A stretch of 64,000 nucleotides of DNA, taken from TPA_inf: Saccharomyces (Eukaryota). Positions 35,080 to 48,600 of this stretch are shown piece after piece. The DNA lies in the NCBI GenBank assembly GCA_000146045.2, contig BK006944.2, positions 320,001 to 384,000 of the forward strand, given 5' to 3'. The notes beneath the pieces are model-generated. The model did not search any database, was not told where the DNA came from, and saw nothing but the letters and a program-made list of their open reading frames with translations. Position numbers and translations under genes: made by a program. How positions within the stretch are numbered: the first letter of the stretch is position 1; every line of letters starts with the position of its first letter.

Positions 35080-36321
35080 TGCAGAAAGGGAAAAGGAAAA
35101 AAGCGAAGAGATAACTAAAAAGGATTAATAGTATACGTAATTTAGTCTACTGTAAGTATGGTCAAAAATTTTCTTTAGTGAGAAAAAAAAAAAAAAAGAG
35201 AAACGATAAACGCTGTACAATACCAGTGACTGCACTGCTCCGAAAACGTCCGAGATATGTATATTGTCCGAATTTTTTCATACTTTAATAGCTGGCCAGA
35301 GAAACCTTATAATTTTGTGGCTGCAAGCTATCGCGCTGTTCCTCTGTGACAGGCAACACAGAACAACTAACCGCCTGTCTTTTATGCCTGTACACTTCAT
35401 TAAAATTTACCGTTTTCTTCCATTACAAGCGGGGACACTTTCCGTTTAAACCTGCAATATGTTGCAGGGCCTATCCACGCCAATTTACTGTGGCAGAAGT
35501 TACTGCAGTGGAAGAACTACCTTTTCCAGCATAGCCTCCGCCACCAAAAAATGCAGGTGCTGCGTTTTCTGGATACGTGGCTGGCCTTTAAAACGCATGG
35601 GAGGGACAGTATCTCACCGATTTGGTAATGCCGTGATGCAACCTCGAGGATCCGGTTTTCAAGAGCGGAAGTAAAAAACCGGGAAGATCTAATATTTCCT
35701 TATGCAGGTATTCTGTGACTAAAAAGTATAGAAGACTATTTTGCACCGCTCCCTGATTAGACTTCGTGCGATATTATTGATGGATATCGTCTTTATCTTT
35801 CCGTGGACCTAAAACGGCACCCCTTCGTCTAGGATAAACGCGGTCGGCTCTTTCGAAGACTAAAAAAGCAGCCACAATAACGTTACATGCAAAATCAGCC
35901 CACTCGAAGTTAGATACTGCGTAGACGGATTTGCACGATGCGATGATAAATATTAGGGACAGTGCGTGCCCACCCATAAGTTGCTGTAGAGCTTACAAAT
36001 TGTAAAGACTAATTCCAATCGCACGCCCACCCCTCACGGGAATAAGTTAGAATGTTGCGGAATGAACGATAACTTCATATTAGGTAAAAGGGAAGAATGC
36101 AACGCTGCGGTCTACGGGCTTTTTTCTGCGAGACCAATTTTCTTCTTTTGTTTTTTTATTTCGATATTTAGTTTTCATGCAAACGGGTATTATTCTTGAC
36201 AGGCCATTATGTAAGAGTGTGGAAACATAATTCTTGCACATACGACGTTTTCTTAACTGTTCCTGTTTCAAGTTACGGAAACGCCTGTGGCCCAGGTAGC
36301 GTAGGCAAAATCAAGCTCAGA

Positions 36322-36642
36322 ATGGGTTACGTAATTATGACGTTTTCGAGTGCGAGGATGTCAGAAAGGAGAGCCAGAATTATATATATATGGATGCATC
36401 TCTCTGCATATAAAATTAATTTCCCTTTCGTACAGTTCCCTACTTTTTTTTCCCTCTTTCGTTTGCAAAAGAAGGCGGCCATACTCATTAAAAACCCCTC
36501 CCCATTTTTCCTTTTTTTTTTGTTTCCATATAGGAAGAACTCTACAGCTCGAACAATACATCAAATCAATCAAGCAGTCGCTCTCGTTCTATTGTGTGTT
36601 TCTCACCACCTTACATATCTCCCCTCAGTTCCCAGCCTATAA
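36322..36642 (+). CDS. MMO1: Small 106-aa ORF within the long PHD1 upstream region (mitochondrial protein of unknown function / YKL044W)
   Basis: The first ATG at 36322 lies inside a longer TTG-initiated track ORF (36196..36642) and yields 106 aa. The sequence is hydrophobic and of low complexity. I assigned it by size and position only. Confidence 0.35.
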   Translation: MGYVIMTFSSARMSERRARIIYIWMHLSAYKINFPFVQFPTFFSLFRLQKKAAILIKNPSPFFLFFLFPYRKNSTARTIHQINQAVALVLLCVSHHLTYLPSVPSL

Positions 36643-36747
36643 CTTTGTGGTTCTCTTCTTTTCAACTTCTTCTTCTTGACATTATACTTTAATAAGACCA
36701 TTACTTCTTTTTCTTTGCTGGAATTCATAATTCATTAAGCAGAAAAT

Positions 36748-37848
36748 ATGTACCATGTTCCTGAAATGAGGCTACATTACCCCCTGGTGAACACTCAATC
36801 TAACGCCGCAATAACACCCACCAGAAGTTACGACAATACCCTTCCTTCGTTTAACGAGCTATCACACCAGAGTACAATCAATCTTCCATTCGTCCAACGC
36901 GAAACTCCAAACGCATATGCTAATGTTGCCCAATTAGCTACGTCGCCAACTCAGGCTAAATCAGGGTATTATTGTCGCTATTATGCTGTGCCTTTTCCCA
37001 CATATCCACAACAACCACAATCTCCATATCAACAAGCTGTACTTCCTTATGCCACCATTCCCAACAGCAATTTCCAACCATCTTCTTTCCCTGTGATGGC
37101 AGTGATGCCTCCAGAGGTTCAATTTGATGGATCATTCTTGAACACCTTACATCCTCACACAGAGTTGCCTCCAATCATTCAAAACACTAATGATACTAGC
37201 GTCGCACGTCCAAATAACCTTAAATCAATAGCAGCAGCGTCACCAACAGTGACAGCAACAACAAGAACACCTGGCGTCAGTTCAACGTCAGTTCTCAAAC
37301 CACGCGTTATAACTACGATGTGGGAAGATGAGAATACTATCTGCTACCAAGTAGAGGCGAACGGTATATCAGTCGTGCGTAGGGCTGACAACAACATGAT
37401 TAACGGCACCAAGTTGTTGAATGTCACGAAGATGACAAGGGGGAGAAGGGATGGAATATTAAGATCCGAGAAGGTTAGGGAAGTCGTGAAGATTGGCTCC
37501 ATGCACCTCAAGGGTGTTTGGATTCCTTTCGAAAGGGCTTATATCCTGGCTCAACGTGAACAGATTCTAGATCATCTGTACCCGCTCTTCGTCAAAGATA
37601 TAGAATCCATTGTTGATGCCAGAAAGCCCAGCAACAAGGCATCTTTGACCCCCAAATCTAGCCCTGCCCCCATCAAGCAAGAACCATCTGATAATAAACA
37701 CGAAATTGCTACTGAAATTAAGCCGAAGAGTATTGATGCTTTATCGAATGGAGCATCTACTCAGGGTGCTGGCGAACTGCCCCACTTAAAAATCAACCAT
37801 ATCGATACTGAGGCCCAAACAAGTAGAGCAAAAAATGAATTATCATAA
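36748..37848 (+). CDS. PHD1: APSES-domain transcription factor (pseudohyphal growth activator)
   Basis: The ORF is 366 aa. It has a KilA-N/APSES DNA-binding domain ([28 protein letters not shown]...GVWIPFERA). Confidence 0.9.
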   Translation: MYHVPEMRLHYPLVNTQSNAAITPTRSYDNTLPSFNELSHQSTINLPFVQRETPNAYANVAQLATSPTQAKSGYYCRYYAVPFPTYPQQPQSPYQQAVLPYATIPNSNFQPSSFPVMAVMPPEVQFDGSFLNTLHPHTELPPIIQNTNDTSVARPNNLKSIAAASPTVTATTRTPGVSSTSVLKPRVITTMWEDENTICYQVEANGISVVRRADNNMINGTKLLNVTKMTRGRRDGILRSEKVREVVKIGSMHLKGVWIPFERAYILAQREQILDHLYPLFVKDIESIVDARKPSNKASLTPKSSPAPIKQEPSDNKHEIATEIKPKSIDALSNGASTQGAGELPHLKINHIDTEAQTSRAKNELS

Positions 37849-38170
37849 GCACATAACATAATCCGTTAACTCTTTGCTCTATGAACAAGAACCGAAGTTC
37901 TAGAAAGGCTGATAGGATTCGTACAATCATTTTTACGGTCGAACTTCTGTAGTTACTCGATATATAAATATAAATAACGGACATAAAAAAAAAAATTGTA
38001 ACATTATAAATCATAAAATCATAATCATATCTATTTCTAACTTCTGACTATTGCGCAATTCGTTAGAGTCTTTCCACCACGTCGATTGGACAAATCTTTA
38101 TCTGTCTACTTCTAATATACTGTACATCATACCTGTCTTTTTATGCTGCTATTGTGGAGGAACCGTCATC

Positions 38171-38247
38171 TTTTCGCGCGAAAAAACAATATGATGCCTT
38201 TTTGAAACATGTTATTATTTGATTTTTTAATGGCTTCTATTACGCGT
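38171..38247. promoter_or_regulatory. SCB/MCB-like palindrome TTTTCGCGCGAAAA and an ACGCGT box 230-300 bp upstream of SPC42
   Basis: ttttCGCGCGAAAAaa lies at 38171-38186 (CGCGAAA on both strands). ACGCGT lies at 38242-38247. Confidence 0.45.
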
Positions 38248-38474
38248 CGTGGTTGGTGAACCTGGTACAAAATAAATAAAAAAACACCTGCTAAAAAATA
38301 TCAAATAAAGTAAGGAAGGTAATACAAAAAGAGAGCGTTGGCTCGTGTTACACAAAAGCGGTTTCGAACACAATCAGAAGAAAACAACAAGGACTTTTTT
38401 GCAGCGCCAAAAAAAAGAAAAAAAAAACCAAGAGAACGAAAGCTTTATAATAGCCTTTTTTTTTTTTAGAAAAC

Positions 38475-39566
38475 ATGAACGGATCTCCCACTCCTAAGCG
38501 ATATTCATCCAAATCTTCAAGGCTTTACGACGACTACTATAACATCCCGTATCAATATTCCAATCCGACTCCAATGAATAGAGACTATAATGACGTGGGG
38601 TCACGTATCAATGCAGATAAACTGGTACCAGAGGAATACAAACGGAATACAGAATTTATCAACAAAGCTGTCCAACAAAATAAAGAACTTAACTTCAAAC
38701 TGAGAGAAAAGCAGAACGAAATATTCGAACTCAAGAAGATTGCAGAAACTCTGCGCTCAAAGCTCGAAAAATATGTTGACATTACCAAAAAGCTTGAAGA
38801 CCAAAACCTCAACCTACAGATAAAAATAAGCGACCTAGAAAAGAAACTTTCTGACGCTAATTCTACTTTCAAAGAAATGAGATTCCCCAAGGTCAAGGAC
38901 CCCATGGTAGATGACGACCCTGTCTCCGAAAATTATGATCAGATAAATGTACCAAAACACAGAGCACCGGATGCTACAGGTAATCCTCGTACAACTAACA
39001 AAGTCTCCAATACTTCAGACCAAGATAGCAGACTAAAAGCCATTGAAAGAACCCTCTCGGTCCTCACAAATTATGTTATGAGGTCAGAAGACGGTAATAA
39101 CGACAGGATGTCACCCTTACCTTCTCCTTTAAATACGATATTGCCAATAAATAATCGTCTGAATTTTCAAGAGCCAAAGAGATATAATCCAACCGTTAAG
39201 GTAAATCCGTCTGATGACGATATCATGATGTATGAAAGTGCAGAGCTGAAGCGTGTCGAAGAAGAAATAGAGGAGCTAAAGAGAAAAATACTTGTTAGGA
39301 AAAAACATGACTTAAGAAAATTGTCTTTAAATAACCAACTCCAAGAGCTGCAAAGCATGATGGACGGTGATGACAATATAAAACTTGACAATGTTTCGAA
39401 GCATAATCATGCTACGCATCGTCATTCTTCCCAATCCAGTCGCGATTACTCACCCTCTTCGGATGCTTGCTTGGAGTGTTCTAATGATTTATACGAGAAA
39501 AATAGAGTCAAGCCTGAAAATAATATGTCAGAAACATTCGCAACTCCCACTCCCAATAATCGATGA
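38475..39566 (+). CDS. SPC42: Spindle pole body central-plaque coiled-coil component
   Basis: The ORF is 363 aa with a long coiled-coil centre. The size and [10 protein letters not shown] start match Spc42. Confidence 0.88.
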   Translation: MNGSPTPKRYSSKSSRLYDDYYNIPYQYSNPTPMNRDYNDVGSRINADKLVPEEYKRNTEFINKAVQQNKELNFKLREKQNEIFELKKIAETLRSKLEKYVDITKKLEDQNLNLQIKISDLEKKLSDANSTFKEMRFPKVKDPMVDDDPVSENYDQINVPKHRAPDATGNPRTTNKVSNTSDQDSRLKAIERTLSVLTNYVMRSEDGNNDRMSPLPSPLNTILPINNRLNFQEPKRYNPTVKVNPSDDDIMMYESAELKRVEEEIEELKRKILVRKKHDLRKLSLNNQLQELQSMMDGDDNIKLDNVSKHNHATHRHSSQSSRDYSPSSDACLECSNDLYEKNRVKPENNMSETFATPTPNNR

Positions 39567-40142
39567 TGATTTAAAAAGCAGTTAAGGAGTATGGCGCATT
39601 CTTAAAGCGTTCTGTGTAATTACGGCAAAAAATTCCATCACAAAATAGAAAGTCTTTATTTTACTTTCCATTGTTATTTTCCAACAGAAGCCGGAAACGT
39701 AAAGGCCTTTTATATTAAGTGTTTTCTCATTATAGGATATATAATAAGAATTTGTAATTGTTACTTTTCTTTCAGTTTTCATTAACTACTTTAAACCTTA
39801 GAAAATACATTCCAATCCTACGAATAGACGTATAAGTAAGGATTAATGCTATCGGAAAGCAACTTAAATAACTATAAATGGTGGATGGTTAGTGTCATAA
39901 TATCTTAATGAATATCGCTTTTGACGATATAGTACTAGCAATCTGCGGTTCCAATGGAATGGCGTAAACGCATAATAATGAAGTTGGAATAAAAATATGC
40001 TATACCAACAACTTTCATCTAAGTAGTCTTTATTTGACATATATATGTATATACACCGAACAATAGATTTACCGGTGCATTTCATTATCAACCTTTAGTA
40101 GTTTGGGGGGCAGTTTTCTGGGCAATACAAAGTTTACTTTTG

Positions 40143-40817
40143 ATGGATTATATAAAAAAAGCCATATGGGGGCCAGACCCTAAGGAGCAACAGAGGAGAA
40201 TCAGATCGGTCCTGAGGAAAAATGGTCGAAATATAGAGAAATCGTTGCGGGAACTCACAGTTTTGCAAAATAAAACCCAGCAGCTTATCAAGAAATCTGC
40301 AAAGAAGAACGATGTTAGGACAGTTCGACTATATGCAAAAGAACTGTACCAAATCAATAAACAATATGATAGAATGTACACTTCCAGAGCGCAGTTGGAT
40401 TCTGTTCGAATGAAGATAGATGAAGCAATCAGAATGAACACTTTGTCAAATCAAATGGCTGACAGTGCGGGCTTAATGAGGGAGGTAAATTCATTGGTTA
40501 GACTACCTCAATTGAGAAATACGATGATTGAATTAGAAAAGGAACTTATGAAATCTGGGATTATAAGTGAAATGGTGGATGATACCATGGAGAGTGTTGG
40601 GGACGTAGGGGAAGAGATGGACGAAGCTGTTGATGAAGAAGTTAATAAGATAGTTGAACAATACACAAACGAGAAATTCAAGAATGTTGACCAAGTGCCA
40701 ACCGTAGAATTAGCAGCCAATGAAGAAGAGCAAGAAATTCCGGATGAAAAAGTTGATGAGGAAGCAGATAGGATGGTAAATGAAATGCGTGAAAGGCTGA
40801 GAGCTTTGCAAAACTAG
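40143..40817 (+). CDS. VPS24: ESCRT-III subunit (Snf7 family)
   Basis: The 224-aa protein starts MDYIKKAIWGPDPKEQ, with a basic N-terminus and acidic C-terminus. The track ORF starts one codon upstream at TTG. Confidence 0.9.
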   Translation: MDYIKKAIWGPDPKEQQRRIRSVLRKNGRNIEKSLRELTVLQNKTQQLIKKSAKKNDVRTVRLYAKELYQINKQYDRMYTSRAQLDSVRMKIDEAIRMNTLSNQMADSAGLMREVNSLVRLPQLRNTMIELEKELMKSGIISEMVDDTMESVGDVGEEMDEAVDEEVNKIVEQYTNEKFKNVDQVPTVELAANEEEQEIPDEKVDEEADRMVNEMRERLRALQN

Positions 40818-41057
40818 AGTGTTACTGTGACTGTACAAAGAAAATAAATAAATAAGTGAATAAATAATGGTACGAATAACACAGTAAAAAGGGCACCCGT
40901 TTTTAGTGTATGGAAAAAGTTGAGTGCTTTACCCTTTTTCCATGATGACCGTTGAAACATGTACGGACTATCAAGTAATAGTGAGGGTAAAGACAGTATA
41001 TACACACTTCCTTTTATTTTCGTCTCATCTTGTATTTTCATTTGAAGGACGGAATAT

Positions 41058-41828
41058 TTACTTTTCATGGCTTGTATTTTTACTCGATTCCAACTTTTTT
41101 TCAAGCTTATCAAATTCCTTTAATGCTATTTCTTGCTCAGGATCCATGATCTGAATCACTTCTTTCACTTCATCCACATAGTGCTTCAACATGGACTCAA
41201 TACCGTACTTCAAAGTCACTTCACTAGAAGAGCATGAGGTACATGCACCTTGTAATCTTAAATAAACGGTTCCAGTCTTTGGATCCCACCCACGGTAATC
41301 GATATCACCGCCGTCCTCCAAGATGGCTGGTCTTATTCTTGTATCTATCAGCTCTTCAATCAATTCGCTGACCTCTTCATCTTCTTCGGTAAGTTCAAAT
41401 TTGGGCATATTTATTTTGTAGCCACCTTCTCCTTCTTCTTCTTGGACAGCATGGAATTCTTTGGATATAACATCTTCACCGTAAGCAAGTTGCTTGGTTA
41501 ACAAATCTATAATTTCAGGCTTGATACTATTCCAATGGACCATTCTGTCTTTATTAATAGTGAGAAAATCATCACCTATCATTAAAGACTCCACTCCTGG
41601 ACACTGCAAAAAAATTTGCTGTGCTAACTTGGAATGGTTGATGAGGTTTTCATCAGTGTTCTTAATAACTATACTCTTGGAGCCACGCGTCTGTAGCATC
41701 TCGCCATCTGTGGAGAGAAATTTTAAAGCATTTTCATTTGGAGTTGTTAAAGTCTTAATATGAATTAATCTCTGAGAATTTAAGTAAAAAATCGGAGACT
41801 TCCCCAATTTAGCCACTGATTTGAACAT
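41058..41828 (-). CDS. NFU1: Mitochondrial NifU-like Fe-S cluster scaffold/transfer protein
   Basis: The ORF is 256 aa. It has the Nfu C-terminal domain with a CxxC motif (GACTSCSSS). Confidence 0.9.
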   Translation of the reverse strand: MFKSVAKLGKSPIFYLNSQRLIHIKTLTTPNENALKFLSTDGEMLQTRGSKSIVIKNTDENLINHSKLAQQIFLQCPGVESLMIGDDFLTINKDRMVHWNSIKPEIIDLLTKQLAYGEDVISKEFHAVQEEEGEGGYKINMPKFELTEEDEEVSELIEELIDTRIRPAILEDGGDIDYRGWDPKTGTVYLRLQGACTSCSSSEVTLKYGIESMLKHYVDEVKEVIQIMDPEQEIALKEFDKLEKKLESSKNTSHEK

Positions 41829-42621
41829 TGTTAGTCAATTTCTTGCTTTTTTGCTTAGATTACGCTGAGAATGCCTTATGTATTCTAATTAGTCCGCTAA
41901 ATACGCTTCTTTTTATAATGATTAATAAGCAATATTGTAAGTAGATCACTGAAATTCGGAAAACTTAAATTATTTATCACTTGATACGTTAGAAGGCTAT
42001 TTCTACAATCACCAGGACTCCGCTAAGTGGTCCTATAGATTTGATGAAATGCCTGCTTTGACGGTCTTGATGATACAAGCTAACGCTTAGCATGTTACTA
42101 TACTCAATGTACATTGTTTTATCCTCAAGAGACCGCAGACGTTTCAATTTTGTGTTTAAAAGAACAATGGACAGTATATACGTAGTGCCAATTTTCTTCT
42201 ATGGTGTATTATGCGCATTGAACATTGTAATATCCGTAATGTTGAACATAATTTGGGAATTGCTTCCGAATCTTCAACCTTCATGTATACCTCTTTTCGG
42301 CTAGAGTGTGGTACTTTAATTACTGCTTAGTTGTTTTGCCCGATTTAGATATTGCACCCGTGCACGTCACACATAAGCTTGGTCTTTTAAATAGTGTGTG
42401 AAAAAACGAACTTGAAGAAAAAGATAGAGCAAGATATATATAGGAGTAGGAATAGGGAGAGTGGAAAAAAAAACTTAGCCTCAAACTAATAGTCAAGAGG
42501 ATCAACTATTCTGTTCAGGTTTTGCAGGTTAAAAATTGAAATAGAATATTTTCTCGGTAATTTCAAGAAACAGCTGGTAAAAAGGCAGTAAATTTACAGA
42601 AACTAAGAGTGTAAGGGCACA

Positions 42622-44193
42622 ATGAGAGTATATCAGTTTTGCCGACCTTTCCAATTATTCACCTGCTTCTTATGCTACCTTCTAGTGTTCGTAAAAGCTA
42701 ACAAGGAAAAGATAAGTCAAAAGAATTATCAAGTATGCGCAGGTATGTATTCCAAAGAAGATTGGAAGGGCAAAATAGACCCGTTTATATCATTCAATCT
42801 TAAAAAAATAAGTGGATTGAGTGATGAGTCTGATCCAGGCTTAGTCGTTGCAATCTATGATTTCCAAGACTTTGAGCACTTAGGTGTGCAATTGCCGGAT
42901 GAAGAAATGTATTATATTTGTGATGATTATGCAATTGATATCGGGATTTGTGAAGAGGAGAATCGTGATGAGTTTATTGTTCAAGATGTTGTATATGATC
43001 CATATACTTCCACAAATAGATCTTTGGCCAATCCAATCATGACGTTTTCTCAAAATGAGGTCGGCCTTCATGATACTAGATACCCAATAAAAGAAACCGG
43101 ATTTTATTGTGTTACTGCGTTCAGATCATCGACGTCTACCAAGTTCAACGCTGTGGTGAATTTCAGGAATGCTTATGGTCAGCTTGCGGGCACCGAGATC
43201 AACAAATTGCCACTATATGGTCTTTTGGCGGTCGCATACGTTGTGGCGATGGCGTTATATTCCTTCGCCTTCTGGAAGCACAAGCATGAATTGTTACCAT
43301 TACAAAAGTATTTGCTGGCCTTTTTTGTATTTTTAACCGCAGAAACCATATTTGTATGGGCTTACTATGATTTGAAAAATGAAAAAGGTGATACTGCGGG
43401 AATAAAAGTTTATATGGTGTTCTTGTCGATATTGACGGCTGGTAAAGTTACATTTTCATTTTTCCTATTATTGATTATCGCTTTGGGCTACGGTATCGTG
43501 TACCCTAAGTTGAATAAAACGTTGATGAGGCGTTGCCAAATGTATGGTGCGTTAACTTATGCAATTTGCATTGGATTTTTGATCCAAAGTTATTTGACCG
43601 ACATGGAGGCACCATCTCCACTAATCTTGATCACCTTGATTCCTATGGCGCTTGCATTAATCATATTTTACTACATGATTATTAGATCCATGACAAAAAC
43701 AGTTATCTATTTGAAAGAGCAAAGGCAGATCGTAAAATTGAACATGTACAAGAAGCTACTATACATCATTTATGCGTCCTTTTTGAGTGTACTAGCTGGT
43801 AGTATAGTTTCGTCATTTATTTACGTTGGCATGAACACTATTGATATGATTGAGAAGAACTGGAGGTCAAGGTTCTTCGTTACTGATTTCTGGCCTACGT
43901 TAGTGTATTTCATTGTTTTCGTTACCATCGCGTTCTTATGGAGACCAACAGATACTTCATACATGCTAGCCGCATCCCAACAACTACCCACAGACCCAGA
44001 AAATGTCGCGGACTTTGACTTGGGCGATTTGCAATCGTTTGACGATCAAGATGACGCAAGTATCATCACTGGTGAGCGTGGCATAGACGAGGATGACCTC
44101 AATTTGAATTTTACTGATGATGAAGAAGGACACGATAATGTAAATAACCATAGCCAAGGCCACGGGCCAGTGTCTCCCTCTCCAACAAAATAA
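42622..44193 (+). CDS. PTM1: Multi-pass membrane protein (lung 7TM receptor-like family) with a signal peptide and lumenal N-domain
   Basis: The 523-aa ORF has an N-terminal signal, seven TM helices in the C-terminal half and an acidic tail. Its size and position fit YKL039W. Confidence 0.75.
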
Positions 44194-44316
44194 CGCTACC
44201 TCCAGCAGATTTGATTAGGTGATGAGACAAATAGTTTCTTCGAGGGCAGTCACGAAATGTTTACAAGCGAAAAGAAAGAAATTATGAACCATATGCACTT
44301 CTGTTCAATGCGATGT

Positions 44317-44366
44317 GAATATGAATATGAATATAAATATGAATATAAATAAATAAATAAATAAAT
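44317..44366. repeat. AT-rich compound microsatellite ((ATGAATATAAAT)-like units followed by (AAAT)5) in the PTM1 3' flank
   Basis: The sequence is gaatatgaatatgaatataaatatgaatataaataaataaataaataaatg. Confidence 0.75.
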
Positions 44367-45604
44367 GCGTTGCACGTTTCTTTTCATTTATTTGTGCGTG
44401 CTTTTACCTGTTTATAACTGTAGTCACCAAAGCTATGCTATACTCTAGACCTAACTTTTTCGTTTTGTATTTATTTAGCCGCTCGCTGGAGTTTTTTTTT
44501 TTTCGGTGATAAGATGATTTATATCAAACCGAAACAAGCGAAAAGTTTCTGTTCATCGACTATAAAATGGAAGAGAAAATTGGTCCATAGACTTTTCATG
44601 TGTACTTGTTTATGAGAAGAGACGCAGGAAGACCAGAAGTGAGGAATTCCCTTTGTTCAAGGATGAACAACGAAGCCAGATAACGTAAGGTTGCGCGCTG
44701 CATCAGTGCTAACCTTATTAGCTTTCTCTGGCTTTTTCGGTCTTTCCTATGTAACATAACATGTATATTCTATTTGTTTATGATGAGACCACGTCCTTAG
44801 TGACAATGCTATAAACCCAGCTCTTCGATTCGTTTTTAATGAAAGGGAGAAGATTTTTTTGTCAAACGCTCTGAGTAATAGAATATACATGCGACAACAT
44901 TTGTAGTTACTTGTCTTACGCTTCCTAGGGAACGGATCATCCGAGTAGAATATCATTTTACGGGATCACTTTATTCGGTGTGATTGCTCGTTAAGCCGCA
45001 CGACCATTTTATGGGCACGCTTCCGCAAGTTGGTTCTTTCATCAGAAGCTTTACCACGATTGGCAAGTCATGTAGCATGTGCGCTAACATCGTTTATCGT
45101 TTTCTGTGACGTGGCTTATGAGCACCAGAGACGAATAATCAACAGTACATCAAACAAAAGCTACGTCACCTCACCAATAATCCGAGCTTCTTGAAATGGC
45201 AGGTATTGGATTCATAAAATATGTCGCTGCTTTGTGCATTTTCCTTTAGTTTTTTCCTTTTTTTTCATGTAGCTAACTAAGCAAGACGATTATGGGAAGG
45301 GACCTTTTAAGGAAAAACAGGAAAAAAAAATAGTAGCAACTAGTAAAAATTCAAAAAATAAAAAAAGTCAAAATAAGAACACATCAGTTAGGAACCGTGC
45401 TTGGAGTTTTGAGACTGGAGTATTGTCCATCCAACATATTCTGCTCTTTCACCATAGACTTCGTTGGAAATCGCCTCTCCCTTGTACTATATTGTGCAGA
45501 ACCGTTCCCGCAATTTTCATTGGTGCAATAATAACACGCTTCTTCGATTCTCACATTTGTCAAGAAGCTGTACTCTTCTCTCAAACTCCAATATATTTCA
45601 AATT

Positions 45605-48600
45605 ATGAACGAGCTGAACACTGTTTCGACTAACTCCAGTGACTCCACCAAGAACGGTGGTACATCCAATAGTCCCGACGATATGGACTCCGCAGCAGCA
45701 GCAAGTCACGCAATAAAGAAAAGAACAAAGGCCTCCCGGGCCTGCGATCAGTGTCGTAAAAAGAAGATTAAATGTGACTACAAAGATGAAAAGGGGGTCT
45801 GCTCAAACTGCCAAAGGAATGGAGACCGTTGTAGTTTTGATAGGGTTCCTTTGAAAAGGGGACCCTCGAAAGGCTATACGAGGAGCACCAGCCATCCAAG
45901 GACTAACGAAATACAAGACCACAATAACTCAAGGTCGTATAATACGTTTGATAATAGTAACAATACCCTGAATAATAATACGGGCAATAGCGGCGACAAC
46001 GGTATAAACAGTAACACAGTTCCAAGTACCCCTTCGAGATCTAATTCAGTTTTATTGCCCCCACTGACACAGTACATTCCCCAGGCTGGTGGCATTCCTC
46101 CTAGTTTCCAAAATCCAGCGATACAATCAACTATGCCCGCGGGTAATATTGGCCAACAGCAGTTTTGGAAAGTGCCCTACCATGAGTTTCAACACCAAAG
46201 AAAAGGATCTATCGATTCTTTGCAAAGTGATATATCGGTAAGAACATTAAATCCCAACGAGCAGTTGTCTTATAACACCGTTCAACAGTCTCCCATAACG
46301 AATAAACATACTAATGATTCTGGAAATGCAAACGGAAGTGTCACCGGCTCAGGCAGTGCCTCTGGTAGTGGTGGTTATTGGTCCTTTATAAGAACTTCTG
46401 GTTTACTAGCTCCTACTGATGATCATAATGGGGAACAGACAAGAAGATCAAGTTCCATACCTTCTTTGCTACGAAATACTTCAAATTCTCTTTTACTAGG
46501 TGGCCAGCCTCAGCTTCCCCCACCTCAGCAACAATCGCAGCCACAAGCACACCAACAAAAGTTGCAACAAGGACAGAACCTATACTCGTATTCTCAATTT
46601 TCCCAGCAGCAACCGTACAACCCATCGATATCATCTTTTGGCCAGTTCGCTGCTAATGGTTTTCATTCTAGACAAGGATCAGTCGCCAGCGAGGCTATGT
46701 CTCCCAGTGCACCTGCCATGTTTACTAGCACATCTACAAACCCCGTAAATGTTGCACAGCAAACACAAAGACCTCAAGGACAGCAGGTACCGCAATTTTC
46801 ATCTGAGTTGGATGGAAATAAAAGGCGACAATCAGCCCCCGTATCAGTAACATTATCCACGGACAGGCTGAATGGTAATGAGAATAATAATGGTGAAATT
46901 AACAACAATAATGGCAGCAATAATAGCGGTTCTTCTAAGGATACATCTCAACATTCCCAAGAATCTGTAACTACACCAGCGGCTTTGGAAGCATCCAGCC
47001 CTGGATCAACGCCACAGAGAAGTACAAAAAAACGCAGAAAAAGTTACGTATCTAAGAAGACAAAACCAAAGAGAGATTCATCTATATCTATAACATCGAA
47101 AGATTCTGCTCACCCAATGACCACTTCATCAACTATCGCGTATGGACAGATATCCGATGTAGATCTAATAGACACCTACTATGAGTTCATACATGTAGGA
47201 TTTCCGATCATACCTTTAAACAAAACGACCTTGACCAGTGACTTATTGTTAGTTAACACACAGCCAATTTCCAATATACACGAAGTCAATTCATATGTTA
47301 TTTTGTGGTTTAGAAATTCATTGGAATTGTTAGTTCGTGTTGCTCTGAAACAAAAGCCAGGTGGCAAGTTTTTCGATAATATTGTTGGCGTGGCTTTGTC
47401 GCCAAGTAATGACAACAACAAAGCTGGGTTCACTACAGCCACGGCAAGGGATGATGCTGAAAAAACAAGACGTGATTCACATAATGAAGTACAGGATACT
47501 TTGGAAGTGCAAAGCGTTTTTATTGCCGCCCTCAATGAATGTTTCCAAAAAATCGTGGATATTCATCCCAAATTCAGAGAAAACAACGACCAAATTTCGC
47601 CGAAGATCAAAGTCATTTATTTATCTACTTTTATTCTTTTAAATTACATTTTGGCATTTGTTGGATACGATAACTCATTTGTACTTGGAATGTCGGTGAC
47701 AATTTTTAACGAATTTAAATTATACAAACTTCTATTATTTCCGGAGCCGGATATAAATGATGTGAAGCCTCCAGTTGATGAAGAGGTCAGCACTGGTAAT
47801 GGGAATACAAAAACGTCCGAATTTGAAATTGGATCTGAAAGTGCTGGGCATATGAATCCATCCAATTCACCAAATTCCATGGACGAAAACATTAGTCACT
47901 ATTCAGTGTTGTTTAAAAGATTATACGTTTTGCTTTCAGTGTTTGATTCTTTACAAAGCTGTGCATTCGGTGGTCCCAAGCTATTAAACATTTCCATCCA
48001 AGGTTCTACAGAAAGATTTTTTTCTAATGATTTGGGCTCAAAATGGTGCCTGGAACAAAGCCAATTGAGACTGAAAAGCGTCTTGCAAAGCTTGAAATTG
48101 GGTGAATTGATGAGTGAGCTTACCAGGAATAGAATATCAATGAACGGCAATAGGAAGCCTGGGTTCGATATTACGAACTCGTCTTCACTCTTATCGGAAT
48201 ATGTGGAAACTCAACCTCTATCCGTAGCACAGTTATTTTGCAAGCTATTAATTGGCAAACACAATTTCATCAATTGCTTATTATCATTATACGATTCAGA
48301 AGCAGGAGTCTATTCAGATTTGACATTGGATTTGAGTTCGAAAATAGCAGACTCTCTGTGCTCATTGATATCAATAATTTTGCAAGTATTGACGTTGATA
48401 TTAAGACTGAATCCTACGAACAGTATTGATTTTAATTATAGACCACCGAACCCACCCGCTAATAATCCGACAGTGCAAGAGGGCCCATCTGCTATGGGCT
48501 CGTCTCCAGTCGCTGGGAACCTTAGCGCTGCACCTCCATCGGAGGGGAATCCAGATTTTTACAAGAAATTACTAGGCCTGAAACAAGACACTGGCACTAT

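Noticed and set aside
45464-45604. Upstream in-frame extensions in the ORF track, covering RGT1 +47 codons, IXR1 +85, ASK1 +16, UGP1 +6, TTI1 +7, BLI1 +1 and VPS24 +1
   Set aside because: The track initiates at GTG/TTG or at distant upstream codons. The first ATG in each case reproduces the known protein N-terminus and length, so I trimmed the starts accordingly.
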